In this document: piece after piece, positions 17,244 to 27,418 of the stretch | Layout: each line of letters opens with the position of its first letter | How positions within the stretch are numbered: position 1 is the first letter of the stretch | IMG/VR virus record: IMGVR_UViG_3300021961_000027 | Origin: an uncultured virus (IMG/VR IMGVR_UViG_3300021961_000027) | Lineage: Duplodnaviria > Heunggongvirae > Uroviricota > Caudoviricetes | DNA: 64,000 nucleotides | Strand: one strand, 5' to 3' | The notes under the pieces: model-generated | Seen by the model: only the letters and a program-made list of their open reading frames with translations | What the model was told of the DNA's origin: nothing | The model's database searches: none | Position numbers and translations under genes: made by a program

Positions 17244-18029
17244 TTAAATTCCAAATGATCCACAAAATCCGAATCCCTTATTTCCATTTAATCCAAATTG
17301 ACCACCAAATCCACCACCAAAGCCACTATTACCAAAATTGCTTCCACCAAATCCACCGCTAATTCCTAATTGACCACCACCAAAACCAGCCATTCCACCG
17401 CCCAATCCGAATTGACCGCCTCCAAAGCCTCCCATACCCATCATGCCCCCCATACCCATTCCGCTCATGCTACCACCACCCATACCTAGCTGATATCCTC
17501 CTTGTATGGGAATAACACTATAAGGGCCTCCTTGTCCGGTTGGTCTTACAATTGTTCCTGGTGTGTAAGCTCCATAAGGATTGTTATTACCACTACCGCC
17601 CATCATGCCCCCGCCAAACCCAATGCCTCCCATGCCCATCATGCCAGCGCCCATGCCACCACCCATACCGCCCATGCCGCCACCAAAACCCATACCACCC
17701 ATCCCAAAGCCACCCATGCCCATCCCTGACATTCCTCCTCCCATTCCCGCAAACTGACCCCCAAATCCACCAGCCCCCATATTGCCACCACTAATACCAA
17801 GATTGCCACCTTGCATACCTCCCATGCCGTTGTTATTTCCCATCATACCACCTTGCATACCAGCATTACCAATCTGGCCACTAAATCCACCAATAATTAA
17901 TGGTGGACGCATAGAAGCTGGTTCTGGAGGCCTTGGTGGCATGTATGGTCTAAATTGTGCAAGTGAAAAACTATAAATTCCTAATACACAAGAAAGTATT
18001 AGCAACATTCTGATTAAATTTATTTTCAT
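17244..18029 (-). CDS. secreted Gly/Met-rich low-complexity protein
   Basis: Signal peptide followed by GGMGG/GGFGG repeats; GGAGG RBS. Confidence 0.75.
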   Translation of the reverse strand: MKINLIRMLLILSCVLGIYSFSLAQFRPYMPPRPPEPASMRPPLIIGGFSGQIGNAGMQGGMMGNNNGMGGMQGGNLGISGGNMGAGGFGGQFAGMGGGMSGMGMGGFGMGGMGFGGGMGGMGGGMGAGMMGMGGIGFGGGMMGGSGNNNPYGAYTPGTIVRPTGQGGPYSVIPIQGGYQLGMGGGSMSGMGMGGMMGMGGFGGGQFGLGGGMAGFGGGQLGISGGFGGSNFGNSGFGGGFGGQFGLNGNKGFGFCGSFGI

Positions 18030-18112
18030 AATGCCTCCGTTGTCTTTTGTTTATAGTTTATACGCACAAGAACAAATTAAGTCTATAATATAGACTGGGG
18101 GATGACAAAAAT

Positions 18113-18955
18113 TTGCTTAAAGAAATATTCAATGAAAATAAAATAGGAATTATTTTCACTTATTTTCTAACATTAGTGGAAATATTTGTTATATCCATAT
18201 TGCCATACTTAATTGGCACCGCTATTGATAATTTATTAGAAAGCAATTACGAAGGAATAACAAAATACTCTTTTGCTTGGATATTTTTTGTATTAGTAGC
18301 CACATTCAGAAAAAGATTTGATACCAGAGTGTTCTCTGCAATTTATTATAAAAAAGCACTTAAAACTATTGATAATTTAAAAAATCAAAATTTAGATGAA
18401 AAGAAAATATCAATTAGATATGGACTGGTAGGCATCTATAGTGATTTTTTTGAATTCACACTTCCTAATGCAAGCAAAGCAGTATTCAATATTATAATTT
18501 CAATTTTCATGATAATATTTTTACAATACATATTAAGTTTAATTGTTATTCCTTTTGTAATAATAGTTTCATTAGTAAACTATTACTTTTCTAAAAAGAT
18601 GCAGATTGTAGAGTACGCATTGCAAGAAACAAGAGAAGTAATATCAAAAAACTTAGCTGAACATGTGGATTGCAAAGAAGTACTGGAACAACAAAAAGAT
18701 TTGCTAATCAAAAGATCAAATATAGAAGCTAGTAATGGATTTTTTTGTGATATATCAAGTTTATTTCTGGAAGTAGTTTGTTTATTAATTATCACTTCTA
18801 ATAATTTAACATTTGGAGAAATAACTGCAATTATAATGTACTTGCAAAAAGTTGCTGATCATGCAATGAATGCATTATGGATTTTCAATAACTTCAGACT
18901 ACTTGAAATGACTAATGATCTTTTGGGGCATTCTGCTCCTCAAGAAAAAGCCTAA
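18113..18955 (+). CDS. ABC transporter transmembrane-domain protein without NBD (ABC_membrane_3-like)
   Basis: PYLIGTAIDNLL, RKRFDTRVF, FFEFTLP, six TM helices. Confidence 0.7.
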   Translation: MLKEIFNENKIGIIFTYFLTLVEIFVISILPYLIGTAIDNLLESNYEGITKYSFAWIFFVLVATFRKRFDTRVFSAIYYKKALKTIDNLKNQNLDEKKISIRYGLVGIYSDFFEFTLPNASKAVFNIIISIFMIIFLQYILSLIVIPFVIIVSLVNYYFSKKMQIVEYALQETREVISKNLAEHVDCKEVLEQQKDLLIKRSNIEASNGFFCDISSLFLEVVCLLIITSNNLTFGEITAIIMYLQKVADHAMNALWIFNNFRLLEMTNDLLGHSAPQEKA

Positions 18956-18956
18956 A

Positions 18957-18984
18957 TTGTTTTTTAATTTCCTGCGCCTACTAT
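18957..18984 (+). promoter_or_regulatory. promoter TTGTTT-N16-TACTAT
   Basis: Recurring promoter family. Confidence 0.55.
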
Positions 18985-19019
18985 GACAGAGCGACATCGT
19001 TCTCATGGAAGGACAAAAA

Positions 19020-19781
19020 ATGAAATTCGATTTTGTGAAACTTGCAAAATCTAACATTATTCAACTTAAGTGGCGTAGTAAGTTGATGAGCAAAATCATT
19101 CGCAAAGAACGCACCCCTGAAGTTAAAGCAATTTTAGATCTTCTCCCTGCAAGGAACTTCTTCGGGGTTATGAAGTTTTTTATGACTAACAAGTCAGCAG
19201 CAACTGCTATACTTGGCAAGCAGTTTGCAAAAGATTATCCTAAAATGTTTTATGCAAGCAAAATTGAAAATGATCTAATCAAAAGTTATGTCCCCGCTGT
19301 TTTTAGTATGATACGAAATCAAAAGTTAACTAATGATCAATATGAAGAACTAACTTCTAGGCTATTAGAAAGCTTAAGAGAAATTGTCTGGCGGTTCAAC
19401 CGAACAGACCTTAAGTTTACAACTTATGCTATTACTTCTTTGAAAAATAATACCAAGTTTATTATGTCTGATATTATATCAGGCAAAATTGGGGCATCAG
19501 AAAACAGATGCATCCATAGTGAAGATGAAAATACTTACTTGACTTCTTTTTCTGGAAGGCAAGTTACATTTGATCCTAAAAGCACAATTCAGTTTGCCGA
19601 CTTTATTAACGACTTAGTTGGGAGTGTTCACCTAACAACTCATGAAAACTTATGCATAAAAAACTTCTTGCAGAAAAAAACATATCAAAGAAAGACTTTA
19701 AATGTAGTCAAAAACAAATTCAAGGAATACATTGCAAACAATAACAATAGTTTGCCACACTTAGAAGAAATTCTTGTTTAA
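19020..19781 (+). CDS. divergent sigma-factor-like protein (region 2)
   Basis: EELTS.LLESLREIVWRFN....KFTTYAITSLKN resembles sigma region 2.2-2.4. Confidence 0.5.
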   Translation: MKFDFVKLAKSNIIQLKWRSKLMSKIIRKERTPEVKAILDLLPARNFFGVMKFFMTNKSAATAILGKQFAKDYPKMFYASKIENDLIKSYVPAVFSMIRNQKLTNDQYEELTSRLLESLREIVWRFNRTDLKFTTYAITSLKNNTKFIMSDIISGKIGASENRCIHSEDENTYLTSFSGRQVTFDPKSTIQFADFINDLVGSVHLTTHENLCIKNFLQKKTYQRKTLNVVKNKFKEYIANNNNSLPHLEEILV

Positions 19782-19790
19782 GGAGATATC

Positions 19791-20051
19791 ATGGCTAAGA
19801 ATATTGGTGTTCTATGTGGAAAGAAAAGTGCTACGGCCAAACCTGAAATTGCAAAGCCATTTCAGATAGGCTGTTTCAATTTTTATCCTTGTTGTTATCC
19901 AAGAAATACAAAAGCTGGATACAAATATTATCTAGGCATCAGGGGAGCTTGTGGCTATTGCAAAAGCGAACTAGATAGCCCCATGTTTCGGAACAAGGCC
20001 GAGGCGCAAGATTTCATTGACACAAAAAAAGCTGCCAAGTTCGTGCGATAA
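19791..20051 (+). CDS. small Cys-rich protein
   Basis: AAGGAG RBS; CGYC. Confidence 0.65.
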   Translation: MAKNIGVLCGKKSATAKPEIAKPFQIGCFNFYPCCYPRNTKAGYKYYLGIRGACGYCKSELDSPMFRNKAEAQDFIDTKKAAKFVR

Positions 20052-20100
20052 TCAAGTAGTCGTTTGTTACATCTGGGTCGAGCAAAAATAGGAGATTGAG

Positions 20101-22428
20101 ATGGCTAGAAAGGCTAAATCCACAGCAGCAAAAACAACTAAGTCCCATGTGGTTTTTCGCTCTAAGAGCAAGAGTCGTGGAGATCTTGGCGAGTGGCTTG
20201 CCACAGAGCAAGATGATGATTATGAAATTGTGAGCCATCATAAACCACGAAAGTGGCAAAACGAATGTTTCGACAAACTTAAAGACGAACAATTTGCAAT
20301 TATTAATGCTCCTACTGGAACTGGTAAGAGCACCATGATTTCGTACCTTGTAGCTTACAAGCTTTTAAGCAATCCTACTTTGAAAGCTATCATCGTAGTC
20401 CCACAAACAATTATTGCTAGTGGTTTTATGAATTCCGTTCTTTTGTCTCTACCCGATGGTAGAACAGTTGAATGGAAACCTGGATTGTTTCTTTGTGATC
20501 CCGAACAGTCAGTAGATAACAAAACAGAATCTCTTCTTGAGTGGCTCAAGTTATCTGCTCATGCAAAAACTCCGTTGTCCCAGAGGATTGCTGTTGTTTG
20601 CAATCAGACTTATGTTCGTACTTTTGCTTCCATGAGTGACGATGTAAGCTATGAGTTGAATCGCAATCTTCTCGTAGTTTACGATGAAGCACATCACATT
20701 TATGCAAATTTGGTCGAAGATCGCAGTAATGAGATTGGCAAAATTTGTCTCAACCATATTAAGTTGGGCAAATGGAATAACCATATGTTGCTGGTGACAG
20801 CTACATTCTTCCGCAATTTACAACAATCCGTCTTGCCTCCCGATATTATTGAACGATTCTTTGAAATGTATCGCTTGCCATTTGATGTATATTTTCATAG
20901 CATGATGCATTTCAAATCGTTTAGCTATGAATTCTCTTTGTTTTCGAACAATTATATCGATAATATTGTATCTGCTGTTTCTGATATTAATAAACAGAAA
21001 TTAGCAGAAAAGGGGGAAACTGGAAAATGCGTTGTTTATCTCCCTTCTGTAAATGGCCGTATTGCAGAAAATAATTTAGACTCCTCTGGCAACAAGATGA
21101 GCAAGTACGATGTTGTCAAAGAACTGATTGATAAAATCAAAATTGCAAGTGGTGCCGAGTATCATTATGTTGATCCTCATGGTGTTATCCACCTGTGTGA
21201 CAAAAAGTTCGATAAAGTTGATTGGTTGCTAGAGAAAGATGAGAAAGGCTTGCCAACCAAGTCATTTATCATCAATAACGTTAATATTGATTATAAGATT
21301 CTTGACCTCGTTACGGAAGATGCTAGTGGGTTCAACAATCTTGACCGTGAAGCTAGGAAGTCATATTTGCAATCAGCAAACCGCAGAAAATCCTGCTTTG
21401 ATTTGATCATAACACTCAATATGGTCAAGGAAGGTATGGATATTCCGTTTGCAGATTCTGAAATCATAGTTGGAGCAAAAGGAAGTCTAAATGATTTAGT
21501 ACAAATCGTTGGTAGATTATTTAGGGACGAAAGAGATTGGCAGAGCAGTTCTGCAAAGCATCGACTTGGTCTTTTCCATAAAGATCATGGCCGATTACCA
21601 ATTGACCGGCCACATGGTCAGAGGCTGCCAACTGATGTAAGGGGAGAGTTCGAACTTGTTCACCTGTTGAAAAAGGACCAAGTACGAATCGTGCATTTGC
21701 TACAGCATGTCGTTGGAAGTCGATCTGACGAAGAAATGCAGCAAAACTTTAGTGATTACTTCAAAAACCTTTCTATGGCACTGCTAATGGAATCGGTTCT
21801 TAATCCAGTGTTTCTTATTGAAACATCTCCAGATGGCACCAAAACTAGGGTGAATCCATTTGTAAAACTTGGCATTGAACCAGATGTCCAGCTTTCTATT
21901 GTTCATGGTATTCAAGAGACTTTATTGCAGAATGAATGCAAGAAAGACACTCCTGAATATATCGATCCTGAAGAAAACACAGATGTGTTGATAAAACAAC
22001 TTGAGTCTGTTGTTTCAGATCAATTGCCAGAAGATATCAAGAAAACAATTACTCCAGATGATTTGAGGAGTATTGTTCGTATTGTTATGGTAAAGCTTTC
22101 TCGCAATCACAAAGATAGGACTGAAGAGGATGATGTGCAAGATGACACACATCTTTATCTAGATGACGCAATCGACTCTTCAGAAATTGATTTTGACAAA
22201 GTTATGCTTATGGACTCGATTCTTTGGGTCAAGCACTTTGCGACAACCCAAATTGGAAAAGAAGACCTGAATGAGCTTCGTAGGCTAGTTAAGGTCCGAG
22301 ATTCACTTGACTTTCATGAGTGGTTCGCTATTGCTTTAAAGATCAGAGACAAGATTATCAAAGAAGAGGAGGAGAAGAAAGATGAAAAACCAAAAGGAAG
22401 AGCAAAAGGAAAAAAGGAGATTCGTTAA
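20101..22428 (+). CDS. superfamily 2 (DEAD/DEAH) helicase
   Basis: WQ, APTGTGKS, DEAHH, TATFFR, KEGMDIP, QIVGRLFR. Confidence 0.9.
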   Translation: MARKAKSTAAKTTKSHVVFRSKSKSRGDLGEWLATEQDDDYEIVSHHKPRKWQNECFDKLKDEQFAIINAPTGTGKSTMISYLVAYKLLSNPTLKAIIVVPQTIIASGFMNSVLLSLPDGRTVEWKPGLFLCDPEQSVDNKTESLLEWLKLSAHAKTPLSQRIAVVCNQTYVRTFASMSDDVSYELNRNLLVVYDEAHHIYANLVEDRSNEIGKICLNHIKLGKWNNHMLLVTATFFRNLQQSVLPPDIIERFFEMYRLPFDVYFHSMMHFKSFSYEFSLFSNNYIDNIVSAVSDINKQKLAEKGETGKCVVYLPSVNGRIAENNLDSSGNKMSKYDVVKELIDKIKIASGAEYHYVDPHGVIHLCDKKFDKVDWLLEKDEKGLPTKSFIINNVNIDYKILDLVTEDASGFNNLDREARKSYLQSANRRKSCFDLIITLNMVKEGMDIPFADSEIIVGAKGSLNDLVQIVGRLFRDERDWQSSSAKHRLGLFHKDHGRLPIDRPHGQRLPTDVRGEFELVHLLKKDQVRIVHLLQHVVGSRSDEEMQQNFSDYFKNLSMALLMESVLNPVFLIETSPDGTKTRVNPFVKLGIEPDVQLSIVHGIQETLLQNECKKDTPEYIDPEENTDVLIKQLESVVSDQLPEDIKKTITPDDLRSIVRIVMVKLSRNHKDRTEEDDVQDDTHLYLDDAIDSSEIDFDKVMLMDSILWVKHFATTQIGKEDLNELRRLVKVRDSLDFHEWFAIALKIRDKIIKEEEEKKDEKPKGRAKGKKEIR

Positions 22429-22798
22429 GTACACGGAAGAACTCCGTGAACTTCACAAGCAGAATAAGCTTCCTAAAGAAATAGTTAATAAGCTTCGCAA
22501 ACATGACTTGCTTGGTTTCGTGACTGGAACCAAGCAAGTTATTCCCATCGAACATAATAAGATTGATGCTTATTATCTCATCGAGTGGATTCAGAAAAAT
22601 AAGAGACTGCCACTTATTGACTCTTCGGATGTTTATGAGGCTGATTTGGCTGCTTGGTACGCTGCCAAAATCGAAGCAAAAAAAGAGTACAAAGAGAGCA
22701 CCAAGAAAAAGAAAGTACTCTTTTTTGATCATATGTGGGACTTCGTAGCTGAAGAACAAGGCATGAAAGGACTGTTCGATGAAGGATTTAGACTCTAA
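22382..22798 (+). CDS. hypothetical protein (helicase-associated-like)
   Basis: GAGGAG RBS; WIQKNKRLP...EADLAAW. Confidence 0.65.
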   Translation: MKNQKEEQKEKRRFVKYTEELRELHKQNKLPKEIVNKLRKHDLLGFVTGTKQVIPIEHNKIDAYYLIEWIQKNKRLPLIDSSDVYEADLAAWYAAKIEAKKEYKESTKKKKVLFFDHMWDFVAEEQGMKGLFDEGFRL

Positions 22799-23504
22799 AA
22801 AAGTAAGAGCCTTCTATATGGCATTGCCGAAGCGATGCCGTAAGAAGGTTAGAATCTGGAGGCAGCAATTTGTCAATAGGTCATTAGATGAAAAGATTAT
22901 AGAAGGATTCAAAGTTCTTGGATTGTTATCATTACTTCAACCTGCAAATTATCATACCAAAATTAAAAAAGATAAACTTTTACAAATGGCCAAAGATGGC
23001 GTAGAAAGGCCTAAACAAAAAAGACACGAACTGGGAAAAGTATTAGGCCAATACACCGATCCAAAAACAACCAGTTATGATGAGGAATTCTCTAAGGAGA
23101 TCAGAAGACTCAGGCCAGACTGGTTTGTGCAACTCAAAATGAGCAAGTCTAAAAAACAACAGCTTCTTGATTTAGCTTTTAATAAATCTCCTAAACCATA
23201 TTTTAAAAGTGAACTTGGCAGAGCTTTACAGAGTTACTGTTCTCCATCTTCAAATTGTTATGATGAAGAATTTAAAAATAAAATTTATAGCTTGGCTTCA
23301 GAATGGTTTATCAAATTAAATCCGATAGACTTTCGAGAAGAAATACTTAAGTTGGCTATGTCTGGCAGCCCCAAACCAAATTGGAAAACACAGATTGGCA
23401 CTGCAGTAATAAGATATACCAATCCATCGCAAAATGGATATGATCCTGAGTTTGATAAAAAAATCAAACAGCTTAGGCCAGATTGGTTCAAAAATAAAAA
23501 GTAG
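22779..23504 (+). CDS. protein with three tandem ~60-aa repeats
   Basis: LL.MA..G..KP.....LG..L..YT.P....YD.EF...I..LRPDWF repeated three times. Confidence 0.75.
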   Translation: MKDLDSKKVRAFYMALPKRCRKKVRIWRQQFVNRSLDEKIIEGFKVLGLLSLLQPANYHTKIKKDKLLQMAKDGVERPKQKRHELGKVLGQYTDPKTTSYDEEFSKEIRRLRPDWFVQLKMSKSKKQQLLDLAFNKSPKPYFKSELGRALQSYCSPSSNCYDEEFKNKIYSLASEWFIKLNPIDFREEILKLAMSGSPKPNWKTQIGTAVIRYTNPSQNGYDPEFDKKIKQLRPDWFKNKK

Positions 23505-23554
23505 TTTTTTGACAGTCGCAATCTAAAATAATTTGCCCCGAGGAGTAAGCTTAG

Positions 23555-24244
23555 ATGATTCATCACATAGTTTGGAAAGGCAAAAAGAAACTTCATGCTC
23601 GTAATGAGACAATCATTTCAAAGTACCACGAAGCCTTTGGGATGAATAGTGTTCCAGCAGACAAACAATACTGGACTCTTTGTGGCTTGTTGACTGATGG
23701 CAAAGGTGGCAAAAATAAAAATAATGAATATTATCATGTGACTAAAAAGAATGAAATTACTGGAGTGCCATTTATAACGCCCCAACAATTTCATGGTGTC
23801 GAAAGAGAAGAACCAATTTATCGTCAAAATAAAGAAGCGTTTCCTGAACTTAGGATTTTTCATGGTGACATTTTCACAGTAATGAATAATTTCGCAGCCA
23901 ATCCCAGAAACATTTATGCTCCTGGCTTTGTAAACTTAGATCTAATTTCTATGGTTGATAGGTCAGCCGATTACTTGCCTAAACTACTTGAGTTTGTAGG
24001 AGGCTACGATGGTCCTATTATGTTTGTCTGTAATGTTGTTATGAAAACCTTTTATAACACTCCAGAAAATGGAGTTGGAACAGATGACCAGAATCGCTTC
24101 ATCAAAAGATTAAATAAAAGCCCAATTTATAGAAAACTCATGAACGAAGTTTGGCAGAGAGATCCCAATTGTTACATCTATCATGGGAATGATGACGAAA
24201 GTTTCACAACTATGGGATCTTACATTTTTTATAAAAAAGCCTGA
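23555..24244 (+). CDS. hypothetical protein, possible SAM-dependent methyltransferase-like fold
   Basis: YWTLCG, FHGVE, FHGDI, VNLD pattern. Confidence 0.45.
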   Translation: MIHHIVWKGKKKLHARNETIISKYHEAFGMNSVPADKQYWTLCGLLTDGKGGKNKNNEYYHVTKKNEITGVPFITPQQFHGVEREEPIYRQNKEAFPELRIFHGDIFTVMNNFAANPRNIYAPGFVNLDLISMVDRSADYLPKLLEFVGGYDGPIMFVCNVVMKTFYNTPENGVGTDDQNRFIKRLNKSPIYRKLMNEVWQRDPNCYIYHGNDDESFTTMGSYIFYKKA

Positions 24245-24306
24245 ATCGTGCGATAATCGATCCGATGTTCGTTGGCTACGGGGAGTCCCCAACTAAGGAA
24301 AAAACT

Positions 24307-25326
24307 ATGAACGCTGAAAAAACTACTATTCTAAATTCTTTCTGCGAGCTTGTCCAGCAAGAAAATATTGATAAAGCTGTTGCTTTAATGTACCACGATT
24401 ACACATATGAATATTTTAAAAGGAAAGATCGCAAGAAATTTTTTGAATATGTTAAAATGAATATGGAAAATACTGAATTAGAAAATGCAAAAAATAACTT
24501 TATATCTGATTATAATTTGAAATTTCTTGAGATTACTTCGAAAGAAACTCCTCTTGGCAGATCAGAAGGATTGCCCAAGTTAATTGATGATAAATCAATG
24601 CGATTTGGATACAATTTATATTACGATAAGTTAGGAGTAGAATTCCCAGACTATTTAAATTCTGTGATGTTTTCTGATATCGTAAAAGTAGAAAGCTTGA
24701 GGACACGATGTGCAGAAGAAATACTTTATATCGCAAAAAATTTCGACAAAGTTCCTCATGCTTTGTTTAACTCTACTGTTTTCGAAACTCTCGCAGCAAG
24801 ACTTTGCTATTCTAGGCATAAATTCTCTAGAGAAGATAGTATGCTGCTTCTTGATTTCTTTACACGTGAATCTTCAATTGATGCAGTCGTGTTGATAGAA
24901 ATATTTAAGAATAATCAAGAGGCTCTTTTGCGATTGGCAGATTATGCTATTGATCTGAAATATGCTCATGACAAACAGTTATTCAAGGCTTTTGCTACAC
25001 AATACAATTATGAATGCATGGAAAGAATGATGGAAAGGGGCTTCTCGCAAGTTATGAATGCAATTGATGTATTCATAACTTTAGGAGCAACCTATAAGAA
25101 AGGAGGAGTTACTATGGTCATGAAGTATGGCACTAAAAAATTTACAGAGTCAAGAATCGAAAAATTGAAAGCAGAAATTGAAAAAATTGACCGAATGATT
25201 GAATGGTCAAGCAGTTTCAAAGATGCTCCGAATTTCCAAAGTATGAAAAATCTGCGAGATGATTTGTCCGAAGCTTTGGAAATGGATGCGAAAAAGGCGA
25301 AAAAGAATAGTGCATCGAATTCGTAA
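24307..25326 (+). CDS. hypothetical helical protein
   Basis: AAGGA RBS, long ORF. Confidence 0.7.
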   Translation: MNAEKTTILNSFCELVQQENIDKAVALMYHDYTYEYFKRKDRKKFFEYVKMNMENTELENAKNNFISDYNLKFLEITSKETPLGRSEGLPKLIDDKSMRFGYNLYYDKLGVEFPDYLNSVMFSDIVKVESLRTRCAEEILYIAKNFDKVPHALFNSTVFETLAARLCYSRHKFSREDSMLLLDFFTRESSIDAVVLIEIFKNNQEALLRLADYAIDLKYAHDKQLFKAFATQYNYECMERMMERGFSQVMNAIDVFITLGATYKKGGVTMVMKYGTKKFTESRIEKLKAEIEKIDRMIEWSSSFKDAPNFQSMKNLRDDLSEALEMDAKKAKKNSASNS

Positions 25327-25357
25327 TTAGCGTATAATCATCAAAAAGGAGTTTCCC

Positions 25358-25555
25358 ATGTACATGAAAAGCGTTATCAGTCTGAAAGAATACATTCGTG
25401 ATTATTTTGGAGAAGAAGGAGATCCAGAATTAATTGAAAAAGTTTTTTATTATATTAGACGAAAAACAGACCATCCTCTCTATCGAACAGATTGGACTAA
25501 TTTTCTCTCATCGCTCAATTTTCTGGAGATTGTCAAAGCCATCAAAGGAGAATAG
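25358..25555 (+). CDS. hypothetical protein
   Basis: AAGGAG RBS, TATAAT upstream. Confidence 0.65.
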   Translation: MYMKSVISLKEYIRDYFGEEGDPELIEKVFYYIRRKTDHPLYRTDWTNFLSSLNFLEIVKAIKGE

Positions 25556-25557
25556 CT

Positions 25558-25761
25558 ATGAAGTTGTATGAAACTAATTTGTTGTCCTGCGAGCATGGGT
25601 TTGATTTAAAAGATCAAAACGAACCAATTATATTTCCTGTTGCTGAAATTTATAAGGTTAGATATGAAGACAAATATAAAAGGCAGCTTTTAGCTGCTGG
25701 AGAATGGGACAAGGTTTCAAGAACTTTGAAGAAAGCGGGATACAAAGTAATTCAAGGATGA
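25558..25761 (+). CDS. hypothetical protein
   Basis: AAGGAG RBS. Confidence 0.65.
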   Translation: MKLYETNLLSCEHGFDLKDQNEPIIFPVAEIYKVRYEDKYKRQLLAAGEWDKVSRTLKKAGYKVIQG

Positions 25762-25920
25762 AAAGATTTGTTACACAGGAAGTGTATAGAACATAAAAGT
25801 AACCTTTTCGGACCACCATGCATAACAGAATCTAAATCTGTTATGTGGTGGTCTGAAAGACAATACTCCTCATTATATCATATTTTATCTTACTGCTCCA
25901 TGCATTATTGGAGGCTCAAT

Positions 25921-26187
25921 ATGCGCCATCGACCATTTTATACCGAAGACGATATCCCATTGGTGACCAATAAAAAACTCCTGAATGTTGTCATCAAAGC
26001 ATTTGATGTTATGAAACTGTACCAGCCCTTCGGTGCAATATCTTCTCTTGGAGTTAAAGAGTCTATAAAAATATTGAATTATTATAAAAAAGATATAGAA
26101 AAATCAATAATAGAAAAGAAACTTGAAGATGCTTTGAAAACAGAAATTTATATAGTTGGAATTGATGCCCAAGAAAAAATGTCTTAA
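25921..26187 (+). CDS. hypothetical protein
   Basis: GGAGG RBS before MRHRPF; frame is open from 25768. Confidence 0.6.
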   Translation: MRHRPFYTEDDIPLVTNKKLLNVVIKAFDVMKLYQPFGAISSLGVKESIKILNYYKKDIEKSIIEKKLEDALKTEIYIVGIDAQEKMS

Positions 26188-26201
26188 CTATTAAATACTA
26201 T

Positions 26202-26882
26202 GTGAACATAAACAAACTTCTATCTGGGGATTTTCCCGCATACGCTAAAAAGTATGAAAGCTTACCTGTAAATTTATTTGAAGACAATTGGAAAGATATA
26301 GAACTCCCATTGCCTCCTGAAAACAATTCTGCAGAAGTAAAAAAAGAATTTAACATTATTAAAAAACATCTTGATACAAATACTAAACAAGAAAAAGAAG
26401 AAATAAAATACCAAGATAAAAAATCTACACCTTTTGAATTTGAATTCTTAAAATTAATAAAATCAATTGATCCAAAACTAAAAAAATTCATAGATCTTCT
26501 TACCGATGAACTATTTACAATCTGCTTGTATTTTAAAAAGAAGTACAACCGACCAAGACCTTTTGAGTTGGCAGAAAAATTGGGAATAAATATACCTAAA
26601 ATCAAAACTCAGACAGGTCGCAGTCCATCATATCCTAGTGGCCATGCTTTATCAGCTACATTTTTAGCTCTATACTTGGGAGACATGTTTCCTGAGCATC
26701 GTAAAAAGCTCAATGAATTTGCAAAAGAAATTGGTGAAAATAGAATTAAAGGTGGAATACATTTCCCGTCTGATGTAAAAGCGGGAGAATTATTAGCTAA
26801 AAAACTCTATAAGTTACTTAAAGTAAATGTACGAAAAGAAAATAAATCATTCAAAGAATGGTTTGTGATCAATGATCAATGA
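26202..26882 (+). CDS. PAP2-family acid phosphatase
   Basis: KKKYNRPRP, SYPSGH, R...GIHFPSD. Confidence 0.85.
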   Translation: MNINKLLSGDFPAYAKKYESLPVNLFEDNWKDIELPLPPENNSAEVKKEFNIIKKHLDTNTKQEKEEIKYQDKKSTPFEFEFLKLIKSIDPKLKKFIDLLTDELFTICLYFKKKYNRPRPFELAEKLGINIPKIKTQTGRSPSYPSGHALSATFLALYLGDMFPEHRKKLNEFAKEIGENRIKGGIHFPSDVKAGELLAKKLYKLLKVNVRKENKSFKEWFVINDQ

Positions 26883-26889
26883 GGGAAAA

Positions 26890-27219
26890 ATGATTTATAA
26901 TGAAGCAAAAAAACAATCAGAAGATCCAGTAGTATTTTTGAAGAATAGAAAAGCTGGAGCTGCGGAAAGTGCTAAAAAAGCAAAAGAAAAAGGCGGAGAT
27001 GCCCTTTTGTCCTATTATCATTTTGCTGCCAAAGATAAACCTTATGCTGAAATTATGAGAAAGCTTCAAGAAGCTGGCATGAGTGAAACTATTCAATTGT
27101 GCAAAGAAAAATATGAAAATTTAATTTCTCAAGTAGATCTTGATATGAATCAAAAAAAGTATCAAGAAATTGTAGGAGAAATTGAAGTTTATGGTGAATG
27201 TTATATAAAATTTAAATAA
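26890..27219 (+). CDS. hypothetical phage protein
   Basis: GAGGG RBS; KNRKAGA...KGG...LSYYHF. Confidence 0.65.
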   Translation: MIYNEAKKQSEDPVVFLKNRKAGAAESAKKAKEKGGDALLSYYHFAAKDKPYAEIMRKLQEAGMSETIQLCKEKYENLISQVDLDMNQKKYQEIVGEIEVYGECYIKFK

Positions 27220-27221
27220 AA

Positions 27222-27321
27222 GTGGCTGTATAGGGATTGACTGCACTTAATCTTCATCTGCTATCAAAGTACTACCGGACCAGGAAAGTGCGAAAACGGT
27301 CGCCACTAGTACACCAGCCAC
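27222..27321 (+). ncRNA. candidate 100-nt structured RNA
   Basis: Closing stem GTGGCTG/CAGCCAC, hairpins GGGATTGA/TTAATCTT and GTACTA/TAGTAC, loop-loop complementarity TGCACTT/AAGTGCG. Confidence 0.5.
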
Positions 27322-27418
27322 ACAATTAATATAGTCGCAAGATAGTGTTTTCGGTCGTTGAGCCTATAATGGTAAAGGCTCAGGACGAAGTGTCCTTTGC
27401 GTTTGCCGTGAGGGAATC

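Noticed and set aside
17502..17976. Plus-strand His/Pro-rich ORFs
   Set aside because: Shadows of the Gly/Met-rich minus-strand gene
22382..22428. Programmed frameshift fusing the helicase to the next ORF
   Set aside because: The downstream ORF has its own GAGGAG RBS and ATG, so a simple overlap is sufficient
27222..27321. tRNA, tmRNA or SRP RNA identity for the structured element
   Set aside because: No T-loop GTTCRA, no CCA end, no tag ORF and no SRP helix-8 motif
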